Below the pieces are notes generated by a model. It was not told where the DNA came from, searched no databases, and worked only from the letters and a program-made list of their open reading frames with translations. Position numbers and translations under genes: made by a program. From a virus (Duplodnaviria; Caudoviricetes), in IMG/VR virus record IMGVR_UViG_3300020045_008227, positions 1 through 25,548 of that record: a stretch of 25,548 nucleotides of DNA; one strand, 5' to 3'. Of this stretch, positions 15,816-24,513 are shown in pieces. The stretch's first letter is position 1. Each line of letters begins with the position of its first letter.

Positions 15816-17447
15816 TTATAATTTCCAAGTTTTTATTAATTCAGTGATTGCAACAGATTTTTGTACGGCCTTATCTGGATTTACCAAGATATCGTTTATA
15901 GCGTCAGCAGCATCTGAAAGACCTTGCTTGTAATACTCACGACATTCTATGTATTTACTTTCTTCTAAAATTGATATATGAGCTAAATCTAGCTCATTTA
16001 AGAGCTTGTTATTTGGATTAGGTAATGAATATTGTTTTTCTTCTTTTTCTTCATCACGTACAGAATTTTGATGATATACGATTGATTGTGTCGATACTGG
16101 CGCGAAAGGATTTTCATTTGTTATTTCATCGACCTGCGTTTCTTCTGAAGTTTCAAATGGACTTAGAACAGGAATACATGTATGACCAATTAACATGGTA
16201 TTTGTAGATAAGTTAATAGATTTTATTCCGTCAAAATCTGAAGTAATTTTCATTGAAACACTTCCATCATCATGATGTGTGATATTACTATCTGGATTGT
16301 TAGCTTTTAACAATAAATCAAGTTTAGCTTTCAATTCTGCTATCTGTTTTTCCTGTTCTGCTATTTTCGAATCCTGTTCGCTCTTCACTGATTCCAAGGC
16401 AATAATTATTGCTTTACCCTGAGCAACCAAAGAAGTGAAATCTGCATCCGTTTTCTCTTCAATATCTTTTTGAGTGATAATCAAAGAACCAACGCTATAA
16501 GAGTCTGATTCGCTGTTGTATGTGAATGGTATTGTTTGTAATTCTTTCTTTCTGTCTTGAGCTTGTTTTATTAAGCGATTGTCCCAGTCGTCTATTAGTT
16601 TTTTCTGCTTATCGTATGGCTCGCGTGTCATTTTTGCAATAGGGGCTAATGCTGTTTTTAGCATTGTTTTAAAAGTATTCAGGTATCTTACAGCTGTTGC
16701 TTCAGTTCCTTTTTTAGGGCAATCAATAGCAGTACTGGCTGAAAGTAATATAGCGGCTACTTTTTTAGCCTCTGCATACGTTTTTTTATCTTTTATAATA
16801 ACAACAGGATTAGCCTTTACTATCTCTTCTTGAGTAATTCTCAATCCTTGTAATTCCGTGATTTTCTCTGGAGTTAGTTTTTCAAATATTTGCAATGATA
16901 CGCTGTCCGTTGGTGGAGTTGGTGGAGTTGGAATAACTTCGACAACTATGCTTTGCTGAGGCTTATCTGTATTTACAACATCTTCATATTTAGGCTTTAT
17001 GTAATCATCGATGCTGATACCGTCACGAGTAAAATAAGCCAAATCATCTTTTAATACGTCAATACTGCCTTTCTTTCCTTTTGAAATATTGTAGTCGTTC
17101 AGTTTCGCTATATCTACGTAATTGAATAATGGAAACTTATCTTGTAAATACAAAAAGTCAGCATGTCCTAGGCCGTAATTTACATTATTCTCTTCAGTTA
17201 CTCCAAGATCTGACAACGTAAGTTTGTTTGTTTCTATGTGATTTTGAAAACTTGGCAGATGCGAGGAATCTAATCCTAGATCAGTAATTTCAATTTCGTG
17301 CCATTTTCCACCGTGCGCTACAAGTACAACAGATTGGTTTTTTATACCAGATTTTAGAAGGTTAGCCACTTCTACTTGTTCCGTGCCAAATTGCACTAGG
17401 ATTGATTCTGAAGCCTCGAAGGCTTTTGGTTTGTTTAATTTGTTCAT
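15816..17447 (-). CDS. Large coiled-coil protein (DUF1351-like central region, tentative)
   Basis: 543 aa with PTPPTPP linker, I.D..TY.EAKK...L and REPY...K..IDDW segment, long coiled coil. Confidence 0.6.
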   Translation of the reverse strand: MNKLNKPKAFEASESILVQFGTEQVEVANLLKSGIKNQSVVLVAHGGKWHEIEITDLGLDSSHLPSFQNHIETNKLTLSDLGVTEENNVNYGLGHADFLYLQDKFPLFNYVDIAKLNDYNISKGKKGSIDVLKDDLAYFTRDGISIDDYIKPKYEDVVNTDKPQQSIVVEVIPTPPTPPTDSVSLQIFEKLTPEKITELQGLRITQEEIVKANPVVIIKDKKTYAEAKKVAAILLSASTAIDCPKKGTEATAVRYLNTFKTMLKTALAPIAKMTREPYDKQKKLIDDWDNRLIKQAQDRKKELQTIPFTYNSESDSYSVGSLIITQKDIEEKTDADFTSLVAQGKAIIIALESVKSEQDSKIAEQEKQIAELKAKLDLLLKANNPDSNITHHDDGSVSMKITSDFDGIKSINLSTNTMLIGHTCIPVLSPFETSEETQVDEITNENPFAPVSTQSIVYHQNSVRDEEKEEKQYSLPNPNNKLLNELDLAHISILEESKYIECREYYKQGLSDAADAINDILVNPDKAVQKSVAITELIKTWKL

Positions 17448-17472
17448 TTTTTCGATAAGTATTTATTGATTA

Positions 17473-17781
17473 TTAATTTAATTTTTTCTTCCAGTTATAA
17501 AGAGTTACTCTGTCTACTCCTAGTTCCCTAGCTGTTTTAGCGTAATTTATTTCTATTCCAGCACTTACCATTGATAAAAACATTTCTTTTGAAGTGATTT
17601 TAGTTTCTTGAGATTTAAATTCAGAAATCCAATCGTCTAAAGTTTTCCCATCTATACCTAAGGATGCTTTTAATTTTTCTTTGTCGAAATCATTATTATT
17701 TTTAAGAAAAAGGAATAATGAAGACTTTTTTACCAAGTCATGATTTTCATTTGAGCAATGATCTAAGTTTATTAATTTCAT
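17473..17781 (-). CDS. Tandem-HTH DNA-binding protein
   Basis: 102 aa with two HTH-like segments (LKASLGIDGKTLDDW; TARELGVDRVTLYNW). Confidence 0.75.
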   Translation of the reverse strand: MKLINLDHCSNENHDLVKKSSLFLFLKNNNDFDKEKLKASLGIDGKTLDDWISEFKSQETKITSKEMFLSMVSAGIEINYAKTARELGVDRVTLYNWKKKLN

Positions 17782-17802
17782 ATCAATTGTTTTTTATATA
17801 TG

Positions 17803-17810
17803 CAAATATA
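17803..17810 (-). promoter_or_regulatory. Bacteroidota -7 promoter box
   Basis: TATATTTG, 21 nt upstream of ATG 17781. Confidence 0.65.
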
Positions 17811-17930
17811 CTGTTTAAATACATACGTTGTATAAATTTAACACATTTATTTTTGATTTGTAAAAATTTGTCAATGCTTTAGACGCTTTTTTATACGGTA
17901 AAATAACTCCTTAGTCTTTATATTTGTTAG

Positions 17931-17985
17931 TATTTATACATATTTATACATATAAATAAATATAAATAAATAAATAAATAAATAA
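17931..17985. repeat. AT-rich tandem repeats
   Basis: TATTTATACA x2, TATAAATAAA x2, then a TAAA run. Confidence 0.85.
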
Positions 17986-18125
17986 TACTATATTAAGGAG
18001 GTGGTATGTAATTGTATATTTTTATCTTTAAGGGAAGTGTCAAACGTAAAAATTTGTATAATTTTAAACATAAATTATTGTTACACAATTACTTAACACC
18101 TGTTTTTATACTAAAAATAAGTGTA

Positions 18126-18167
18126 TAAAAAAAGCTAACTTATTATTATTCAATGTGTTAGCTTTTT
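18126..18167 (-). terminator. Inverted repeat / probable terminator after DUF3987-like gene
   Basis: AAAAAGCTAAC-17 nt-GTTAGCTTTTT with extra Ts. The large loop means it may instead be a protein-binding palindrome. Confidence 0.45.
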
Positions 18168-18190
18168 ACAATTTTTGACAATGATATTTT

Positions 18191-19486
18191 TTACACGCTT
18201 TTCTTCCAATTATAAAGAGTCGCTCTGGTTACGTCTAAAGCTTCGGCAATTTTGCTGTAATTCACTTCTTCTCCAGATTGCAGTATTTTAATAAATGTTT
18301 CCTTTGCCGTTTTCCCTTTGTTAGTAGAAATAATATCCACAATCGAACGCGTCTGTAATGATGATACTTTTACTTTTTGCGCCTGCTTGATAAAATACTC
18401 ACTCAATTTAAAGGCTTTTAAGACGGTTTTTTTGTCAATCAGTTCTGGTATTACCGTAAGCTCAAAATTATTCATTACGTGTATTAATAAACAGAATCTA
18501 GGTATATATGACTTCTGTTTTGGCAGCATAGATTTCATATATTCGTTTTCTTCGTCGGAATTCTGCATTACGCTAATCTTATTGTAAACATTTTCCCATT
18601 CTTTTTTCGCTTCTCCATCGAAACGAAAAACATTTGATATGATTTCTTCGTCTGCACTTTTTCGAATATCCATTTTTATAGCCAGATGAATTTTTTTTAC
18701 CCAATCATCATAATATTGAATTGCGATGTAATCCATTTCTTTGCTGTTGTACATTTCTATTTTTATTTCTGGGCAGCAAAGAAGAATCCTATCAAGAAAA
18801 CCATTGCTTTTGTTTTCTTCGGTAGAAAAGCTTTCGAGTATTGCGGGTTGTACTCCCCCAAGAATCGGGACAAAAGGACGTGCTAAGTAAGAATCTCCGC
18901 TTTTCCGATTCATGCTTACAGCTTTTCCGCTCCAAGTGGATAACCAAAAGGGAAGGTCTGAACCATTGCTGTAACGGCTCATGTTTTTTACCCATCCGTC
19001 AAGTTCTTCTCGAAACATTGCTACGCTGTTTTGATTTTTTGAATGAAGAGCTACCAAGGCCTCTATCGTGATATCATTCACAATAAATTGTTCTGGTTTT
19101 GGTTCGTTTTCTTCGTCTCCGTTAACGTCTTCCCATTCTTTATGCTTTCGTGGGTATTGTGTGATAAGATCTGAATTTATGCGCTCAAATGGCCTAGTAG
19201 CCATTGCAATACTTGGAGTTTTTCCAACTCCAGCAGATCCTACACAAGCCACCCAAATATTGGCGTATTCTTTCCAGCCAGCTTTTACCTCTATCACGCA
19301 AGAGTTTCCAATAAGTGAAGAAATCCCCCAAAGAGCGGAACAACACATATAATCGATATTACTGTCCAATGTACTGTTTGCTTCTAGGAAATACTTCTGT
19401 ATTGGTAATGGGAATATTGAAATAGGAAAATCAGTAGTTTGTGTTTTCTCTTCTTGAAGCTGGGTTAGTTTTGGCAGATTAATCAT
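18191..19486 (-). CDS. DUF3987/YfjI-like P-loop replication ATPase with C-terminal HTH
   Basis: FP..IFP N-terminus, Walker A GSAGVGKT, D.TIEAL, EEL.GW, WLS.WSG, RK, ILGGVQP, GFLDR.L. C-terminal HTH. Confidence 0.8.
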   Translation of the reverse strand: MINLPKLTQLQEEKTQTTDFPISIFPLPIQKYFLEANSTLDSNIDYMCCSALWGISSLIGNSCVIEVKAGWKEYANIWVACVGSAGVGKTPSIAMATRPFERINSDLITQYPRKHKEWEDVNGDEENEPKPEQFIVNDITIEALVALHSKNQNSVAMFREELDGWVKNMSRYSNGSDLPFWLSTWSGKAVSMNRKSGDSYLARPFVPILGGVQPAILESFSTEENKSNGFLDRILLCCPEIKIEMYNSKEMDYIAIQYYDDWVKKIHLAIKMDIRKSADEEIISNVFRFDGEAKKEWENVYNKISVMQNSDEENEYMKSMLPKQKSYIPRFCLLIHVMNNFELTVIPELIDKKTVLKAFKLSEYFIKQAQKVKVSSLQTRSIVDIISTNKGKTAKETFIKILQSGEEVNYSKIAEALDVTRATLYNWKKSV

Positions 19487-19874
19487 AGTGAGAAAATTTA
19501 TTTATAGCTTCTGAAATCTGATTGTTTATTGATTCATTCACTTTTTCTTGAGTCCATTTTTTTATACTTCCGTCGCTATTGAATTCTTTTAAATTAATAG
19601 TTTCTTTTAACCAATAAGCGTGGTTTGCAACTGGCTCTGATAGCTGTTTATGGATTTCTTTTTGAGCAAATATAATATCATTGTAGTGCTGTACAGCGTG
19701 ATTGAACGACATTATGTATAGTTTTGAAAAGAGCTTATGATTGTCAAGATGTGATTTCTTTTGACTGTTGATCCATTCGACAATATCATTTATCGCTTGT
19801 ACATGTTCTGGCGTGGTTTCTGGATTATTTTTTACCAGATTATAGATTTCTAGTAATGCTATATCAATAGTCAT
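19479..19874 (-). CDS. Hypothetical protein
   Basis: 131 aa, overlapping both neighbours. Confidence 0.7.
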   Translation of the reverse strand: MTIDIALLEIYNLVKNNPETTPEHVQAINDIVEWINSQKKSHLDNHKLFSKLYIMSFNHAVQHYNDIIFAQKEIHKQLSEPVANHAYWLKETINLKEFNSDGSIKKWTQEKVNESINNQISEAINKFSHYD

Positions 19875-20128
19875 GACAATTTAAATTTAATTAATACATC
19901 TTTCATGTAAAGATTACATTCCGTAGTATCTACTATTTTTGTGTACGGATCAGCATTTGTTATTTTTTGAAAATCTATAGCAAAATATTTACCATATACA
20001 TACCCGGTTAATGAAAAATATACTTCCCATATTCCAGTATCGCAAGAACTGTAGACATGAAGATTAGATATATATCTATGACTTTCCAAGAACTTTATAA
20101 ATTCTATTGATTTTTCTAAATAAGTCAT
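19871..20128 (-). CDS. Hypothetical protein
   Basis: ATG 20128 (MTYLEKS) overlaps the upstream TGA and is preferred to the track TTG 20137. Confidence 0.6.
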   Translation of the reverse strand: MTYLEKSIEFIKFLESHRYISNLHVYSSCDTGIWEVYFSLTGYVYGKYFAIDFQKITNADPYTKIVDTTECNLYMKDVLIKFKLS

Positions 20129-20295
20129 AGTTTCCAATTTTCAATTACATAAATCTCAGCAGTTTTCCAGCTTTTACTGTCTCTCAATCTTTTGTAAAGC
20201 GTAGGTTTCGATATTCCTATTTTTTTACATACTTCATCGTCCGTCATAAACATACGAAACTGTTCTACTTTTCTTGTGCAATTGTGTTTATCCAT
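20125..20295 (-). CDS. 56-aa HTH DNA-binding protein
   Basis: Not in track. Hand-translated MDKHNCTRKVEQFRMFMTDDEVCKKIGISKPTLYKRLRDSKSWKTAEIYVIENWKL, a clear HTH pattern. Confidence 0.7.
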   Translation of the reverse strand: MDKHNCTRKVEQFRMFMTDDEVCKKIGISKPTLYKRLRDSKSWKTAEIYVIENWKL

Positions 20296-20809
20296 TTTTT
20301 AAATCATTTAAAGCTACTTGATAAGCTTCTGAAGCCTGTAACTCGTTATTAAACATTCCTAAATTTTTATTTTTACCGTTTATCCTTATGTACACTTGCC
20401 ATTTTCCAGACACGCTGTGCTTACTAACCCCAGTATATTTGCTAGTCCTGTTGTGTCTAAATTGGTCTTTACTAGAATTATGACGCACATTTGTTATCTG
20501 TAAATTGTCTTTATGATTATTTAATTTATCATTGTCCTTGTGATCTATTATAGTGTTATGACTATCTGGCGTATGTCCTAAAAATGCACAAGCAACTAAT
20601 ATATGAATATAATTCGTTTTTCTTTTATTTCTCAACCCAAGAGGTAAAGATAAATAACCATCTTTTCTAAGTGTTGGCGACATTTCTGTTCTTTGAACTG
20701 GTCTTTTTACACCGTTTTTCATTACAACAACTCTTTCTAATGAAACAACATCGCCAAACTCACTTATAATATAACTACCTTCATATCCTATTATATTTTT
20801 CCAAATCAT
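20288..20809 (-). CDS. NUMOD4-HNH-AP2 homing endonuclease
   Basis: IWK.I.GYEG.Y.IS..G.V.S (NUMOD4), IH.LVA.AF...IDH.D.DKLNN...NL (HNH), SKYTGVS...KW...I.ING....LG.F..E..A..AY (AP2-like). Confidence 0.9.
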   Translation of the reverse strand: MIWKNIIGYEGSYIISEFGDVVSLERVVVMKNGVKRPVQRTEMSPTLRKDGYLSLPLGLRNKRKTNYIHILVACAFLGHTPDSHNTIIDHKDNDKLNNHKDNLQITNVRHNSSKDQFRHNRTSKYTGVSKHSVSGKWQVYIRINGKNKNLGMFNNELQASEAYQVALNDLKNG

Positions 20810-20829
20810 AGTAAAGAAATTTACTGGTT

Positions 20830-20864
20830 AAAAGCAAAAGAAAACCGCCACTTTCGCAACGGTT
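20830..20864 (-). terminator. Terminator-like hairpin upstream of HNH gene
   Basis: AACCGTTGC-GAAA-GTGGCGGTT (three G-U pairs) then TTCTTTTGCTTTT. Confidence 0.55.
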
Positions 20865-20867
20865 AAA

Positions 20868-20875
20868 CAAATATA
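20868..20875 (-). promoter_or_regulatory. Bacteroidota -7 promoter box
   Basis: TATATTTG immediately after the VRR-NUC stop codon. Confidence 0.5.
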
Positions 20876-21301
20876 CTATTCTTTACCTAATAACCAAGAA
20901 ATGTGAGGATTTATTTTTGTCCAAAATTCATCTACCGACCTTGGCATAATGTAAACCCCTCCGTTTTTCTCAGTTCTTTGCTGCTGTCTGATCTGTGCTT
21001 CTCTTTGTTTTCCAGAAGCTTCTTTGAATTCTACCCACACACAGCGACCTAAAACACCATGAATAAGGCAATCAGATACGCCAGAAACCAAACCTAGTGA
21101 TTTTTGTATGTCGATAAAATTTGCAATCAATGAGCGTATTTTGTCGTGATACGCTTTTGGTATTGTGTCAGGGATTGAAATTCCAACACCATTAATTACG
21201 GAATGCATAAGCAATTGAGGTTCGTTTTTTATGGTGCAGTACTCACGAGTGAACTGTATAAAGCACTGGTTTTGTACGTAGCGTTCGTCTTGTTTTTTCA
21301 T
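20876..21301 (-). CDS. VRR-NUC domain nuclease (PD-(D/E)xK)
   Basis: E..VQ, GLVSGVSD.LI...WVEFK...GKQ..AQ, RS.DEF. Confidence 0.85.
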   Translation of the reverse strand: MKKQDERYVQNQCFIQFTREYCTIKNEPQLLMHSVINGVGISIPDTIPKAYHDKIRSLIANFIDIQKSLGLVSGVSDCLIHGVLGRCVWVEFKEASGKQREAQIRQQQRTEKNGGVYIMPRSVDEFWTKINPHISWLLGKE

Positions 21302-21303
21302 AA

Positions 21304-21696
21304 TTATTCTATTAATTGTAATTCGATTCCTTTTATTGAGTAATACAGATTTTGAAGTTCATGTATATATTTTACGTGCTTTATTACAAAATTATTTGCA
21401 ACACAAAAAGTAAAATCATTATTTTTGTCAACTACTATTTCTATCTGAAAATAAGGTAAATTATACCATTCACTTTCTGCACTTTTTTTAAAACCGAATT
21501 TAATTAACCATTCTTCGGTTATTTGGATTGGTTCAAAATCCTCGTTATCAGAGTAATACCCAAGTCTGAATCCATTTGTAAATATAAACCCATCATTAGT
21601 CACGCCTTCAACATATGATATAGTGTTTATAATCTCTTCTTTTTCGTTTGGTATTGGTTTTATTAAATTACCAATACGTAAGTCGTTTACATTCAT
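21304..21696 (-). CDS. Conserved Bacteroidota phage hypothetical protein
   Basis: DLRIGN.I...EPI.ITEEWL.KFGF...KYIHELQNLY...G.EL pattern. Confidence 0.75.
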   Translation of the reverse strand: MNVNDLRIGNLIKPIPNEKEEIINTISYVEGVTNDGFIFTNGFRLGYYSDNEDFEPIQITEEWLIKFGFKKSAESEWYNLPYFQIEIVVDKNNDFTFCVANNFVIKHVKYIHELQNLYYSIKGIELQLIE

Positions 21697-23354
21697 AAGT
21701 TGTAGTGTTTATCAAGTTTTACCTTGATTTTGTTAATAATAAATGCTTTTGTACGTAATTGTGTACCTTGTAATTCGCTTCCTTGAATCGAGGCGTAAGG
21801 TTCTTTTATAATATTCCTCATGCTGGTTTCGAATTTTCCGTTATCCTGAACCTTTGAATAAGTTCCAAGCGTAACACCATGCCTGAGAAAAAGTTCTACG
21901 ACCTGATTTTGGAGTATGGCCCAGGCAAAAGATTTATCACGTCCTACCCGTGTAACATACTCTACAATTTTTTTGCCATTAGGTAACGGTATTTCATCAA
22001 CTAATACGGCCACTTCTTCAGAACTGATCTTCACTCTTTCGCTGGGTGGTTTTATCAGATGACCACAAATATAACACTCTGTGTCCGTTCGCATCAATAA
22101 ACTGAAACATTCAGGACATTCTTTTGTTTGATCCAGTGGCTCTTTTTTTGGTTTTGGCTTTTCGTCTGTACCGTAAAAAATACTTTCCCAGTCGTATTCA
22201 TCTGACCACTTACCGGAATTACCGTATTTATCGGCAAAATATCTCATGTTGCCACCTCCGTCAATATGTTTGAAATACGGTTTGTAAATATCAGAACATT
22301 TTCGTCCAGCACGTCCGACCATCTGCAAATACAATGAGAGCGATAATGTAGAGCGATTTATAATAACCGCTTGTATTGTTGGTTCGTCAAATCCAGCGGT
22401 CAAAACATCACAATTCAAAAGAATAGCATCTGGCGTTACTCGGTACCATTCCAGAATAGGATCAACTTCAGACTTCTTTGTATTGACACTATCAATCATT
22501 CTAATATTTTCGTAACCAGCTTCTATAAAACCATTGTAACACTTCAAGTTGGTTGTCGTGGAGCTGTTGAAAATAATTGTTTTTTCTCCAAAACAAATCT
22601 GTTCATAATTTTTCACTACATTGAACTCACCGAAATACTGTTCGGTACTTTTTTTATCGAAATCTCCTGTCTTTGCATCGACTTGAAATTCTGAACGATT
22701 TACAGAACCGACTTCGTAATTCAAATCACGAACTAATTCACCGTCCTGTATTAGTTCAGAAATGCTTTTCCCTATCACGATATGTCCGTATGTTTCGCTG
22801 TAGTGGAATTTACGAGTATACTCGTATGTTTCCAGTCTGCAACAAGTCGTTACGGTTTCATGTTCTTTGCTACATACAGAACACTTACTGAATGTTATTT
22901 TTTTAAGCGAAATAGGTGTAGCGGTTACGGCTAAAATAAGCGCATCAGGGAAATAGTCAAAAATATCCTTATGCATATCAAGATGAGCTTCATCGATAAC
23001 AATCAAGCCAATATCTTTGACGAATAACGGATTATCTGCTAGACGGTTTTTAATCGTCTGTATCATTGCAACGTAAGCGTTGCTTGTGTGTTGCAATGAT
23101 TTCTTTGACGCTACAACACTTTCGCTTGTAACTCCGATTGTGCGCATAGTTTTTAGTGTTTGCTTTATCAGCTTGTCACGGTGCGCCAAAACTAAAACAC
23201 GCTTTCCAGTGTCTTTGATAAATTTCTTTGATATAAAAGAGAACATAGCTGTTTTACCACCTCCGGTTGCAAGCTGATACAGTACGCGCTTTTCAGTTTC
23301 AAATGCTAGAAATATTTCGTCAATATCTTTTTTTTGGTATAGGTACGGCTTCAT
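21693..23354 (-). CDS. SF2 DEAH helicase, RadD/YejH-like, with C-terminal Zn ribbon
   Basis: YQ, ATGGGKT, DEAH, TATP, LTAGFD.P, YLQMVGR.GR, CPEC...CYICG. Start 23354 (ATGA overlap) preferred to 23375. Confidence 0.9.
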   Translation of the reverse strand: MKPYLYQKKDIDEIFLAFETEKRVLYQLATGGGKTAMFSFISKKFIKDTGKRVLVLAHRDKLIKQTLKTMRTIGVTSESVVASKKSLQHTSNAYVAMIQTIKNRLADNPLFVKDIGLIVIDEAHLDMHKDIFDYFPDALILAVTATPISLKKITFSKCSVCSKEHETVTTCCRLETYEYTRKFHYSETYGHIVIGKSISELIQDGELVRDLNYEVGSVNRSEFQVDAKTGDFDKKSTEQYFGEFNVVKNYEQICFGEKTIIFNSSTTTNLKCYNGFIEAGYENIRMIDSVNTKKSEVDPILEWYRVTPDAILLNCDVLTAGFDEPTIQAVIINRSTLSLSLYLQMVGRAGRKCSDIYKPYFKHIDGGGNMRYFADKYGNSGKWSDEYDWESIFYGTDEKPKPKKEPLDQTKECPECFSLLMRTDTECYICGHLIKPPSERVKISSEEVAVLVDEIPLPNGKKIVEYVTRVGRDKSFAWAILQNQVVELFLRHGVTLGTYSKVQDNGKFETSMRNIIKEPYASIQGSELQGTQLRTKAFIINKIKVKLDKHYNL

Positions 23355-23812
23355 AAATGGTTTGCTTTTGACCACATCATTTTCTTAGCTTCTGTATCGC
23401 ACCATTCATTCACAAAGCTTCTTGCGTCATCTACCCCAGAATGAGCTTTTACATGTCTATATTCTATTTTAATTTTTCCTATAGGAAGCATCGTTAAGCA
23501 TTGCTTAAATTGACGCATCTTCGAATGTGATAACCTATATCTTTGAATGTGTTTAATGTCTCTTGTCAAGTAGGCTATAGAGTTAAGAGAATCTGTATTT
23601 ATTATTATTTTAGTAATGCTATTATGAGCTTTTAAAATAACCGTTAATGCATTGATAATACATTTTGATTCTGCGTCGTCTGAAGTTTGGCATTTTTTAC
23701 GGAACACACCTGATTTAGTAATTTTAAAATCATTTGATACCGCCCAAAAGGCATACCCGCCAATTTTTAATCTAGTATGAAAACTAGCATCTGTATTTAT
23801 GGTTACTAACAT
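23351..23812 (-). CDS. rnhA: Ribonuclease HI-like protein
   Basis: INTDAS, AE, NTDS, HVKAHSG, NEWCD give the full D-E-D-D catalytic set. Confidence 0.85.
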   Translation of the reverse strand: MLVTINTDASFHTRLKIGGYAFWAVSNDFKITKSGVFRKKCQTSDDAESKCIINALTVILKAHNSITKIIINTDSLNSIAYLTRDIKHIQRYRLSHSKMRQFKQCLTMLPIGKIKIEYRHVKAHSGVDDARSFVNEWCDTEAKKMMWSKANHL

Positions 23813-23827
23813 TTTTTTTGATAAGTT

Positions 23828-24268
23828 TTAAAACGGTATATAATCCTCGTGATCTTCTGGTAATTCTGTCACATGCTTATCGTGACTGTGATATTTTTCA
23901 ATATTAGCTTTATTGGTCAGTAATTGGATATTCCAAATATAATATCCGTAAATATTCCCTATTCTGTCAACCGTGCAATTTCTTCCCCGCATTCCTTTGT
24001 TTACGATATATCCAGTTCTTTTGCAAAAATCCCTGAACTCTTGTAAAGTAATAGAGAATTCGATATTTCTTTTCTTTGCATTGCCTCTGAAATTGAAAAA
24101 ACGATCATACACTGGATCAACAATGCGCCTATGTATACGATAATGCTTGTGACATAAACCTCGTTTCTTTGCGCTAGGTTTGCTTTTACATCCATAAGCA
24201 CAACAATGTATACCTTGTTCTTTTTTGATATCGGAAACAACGAATTTAAGTGCTTTGGGTACAAACAT
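23828..24268 (-). CDS. Zn-finger + HNH-like endonuclease with acidic IPF tail
   Basis: CCAYGC...GLCHKHY, AKKRNIEFSIT..EF, TVDRI...GY...NIQ.....N..K. Start 24268 (TAATG overlap) preferred to 24349. Confidence 0.7.
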   Translation of the reverse strand: MFVPKALKFVVSDIKKEQGIHCCAYGCKSKPSAKKRGLCHKHYRIHRRIVDPVYDRFFNFRGNAKKRNIEFSITLQEFRDFCKRTGYIVNKGMRGRNCTVDRIGNIYGYYIWNIQLLTNKANIEKYHSHDKHVTELPEDHEDYIPF

Positions 24269-24513
24269 TATATTTCGATTTTTATTTCTTTTTGTCCGCA
24301 TGGAGAAAAACCATACCAAATCCAATAACGGTCCTGATCTTGTGTCCAAACATAGTCTTTATACTCAATACCAGCTTTTATTCTGGCAATGTCCATGTTT
24401 GAGTATACATGAACTTTTCCGACTCCTACGGTTTTTATTCCAAGCTTTCTGACTATGTTTTTGAGTTCTGCAATACTTATTCCAAAGTATTTACATGCTT
24501 CAGCTGATTTCAT
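24268..24513 (-). CDS. HTH protein (MerR/excisionase-like)
   Basis: MKSAEACKYFGIS...L...VRKLGI.......YS..DI..I. Confidence 0.65.
   Translation of the reverse strand: MKSAEACKYFGISIAELKNIVRKLGIKTVGVGKVHVYSNMDIARIKAGIEYKDYVWTQDQDRYWIWYGFSPCGQKEIKIEI

Larger units (their letters stand above)
17811..18190. other. Putative replication origin (AT-rich non-coding region)
   Basis: About 380 nt without a track ORF, downstream of the DUF3987-like gene. Contains tandem repeats, inverted repeats and recurring TGTATAA/TGTAAAA/TGTCAA words. Confidence 0.5.

Noticed and set aside
20288-20809. Intron-encoded endonuclease
   Set aside because: Flanking genes look complete and intergenic space is too short for a group I intron core. 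It appears free-standing.
12157-24264. Same-strand nested ORFs 12157-12363, 18792-18995 and 24001-24264
   Set aside because: Alternative frames fully inside stronger genes, with no motifs or initiation context.
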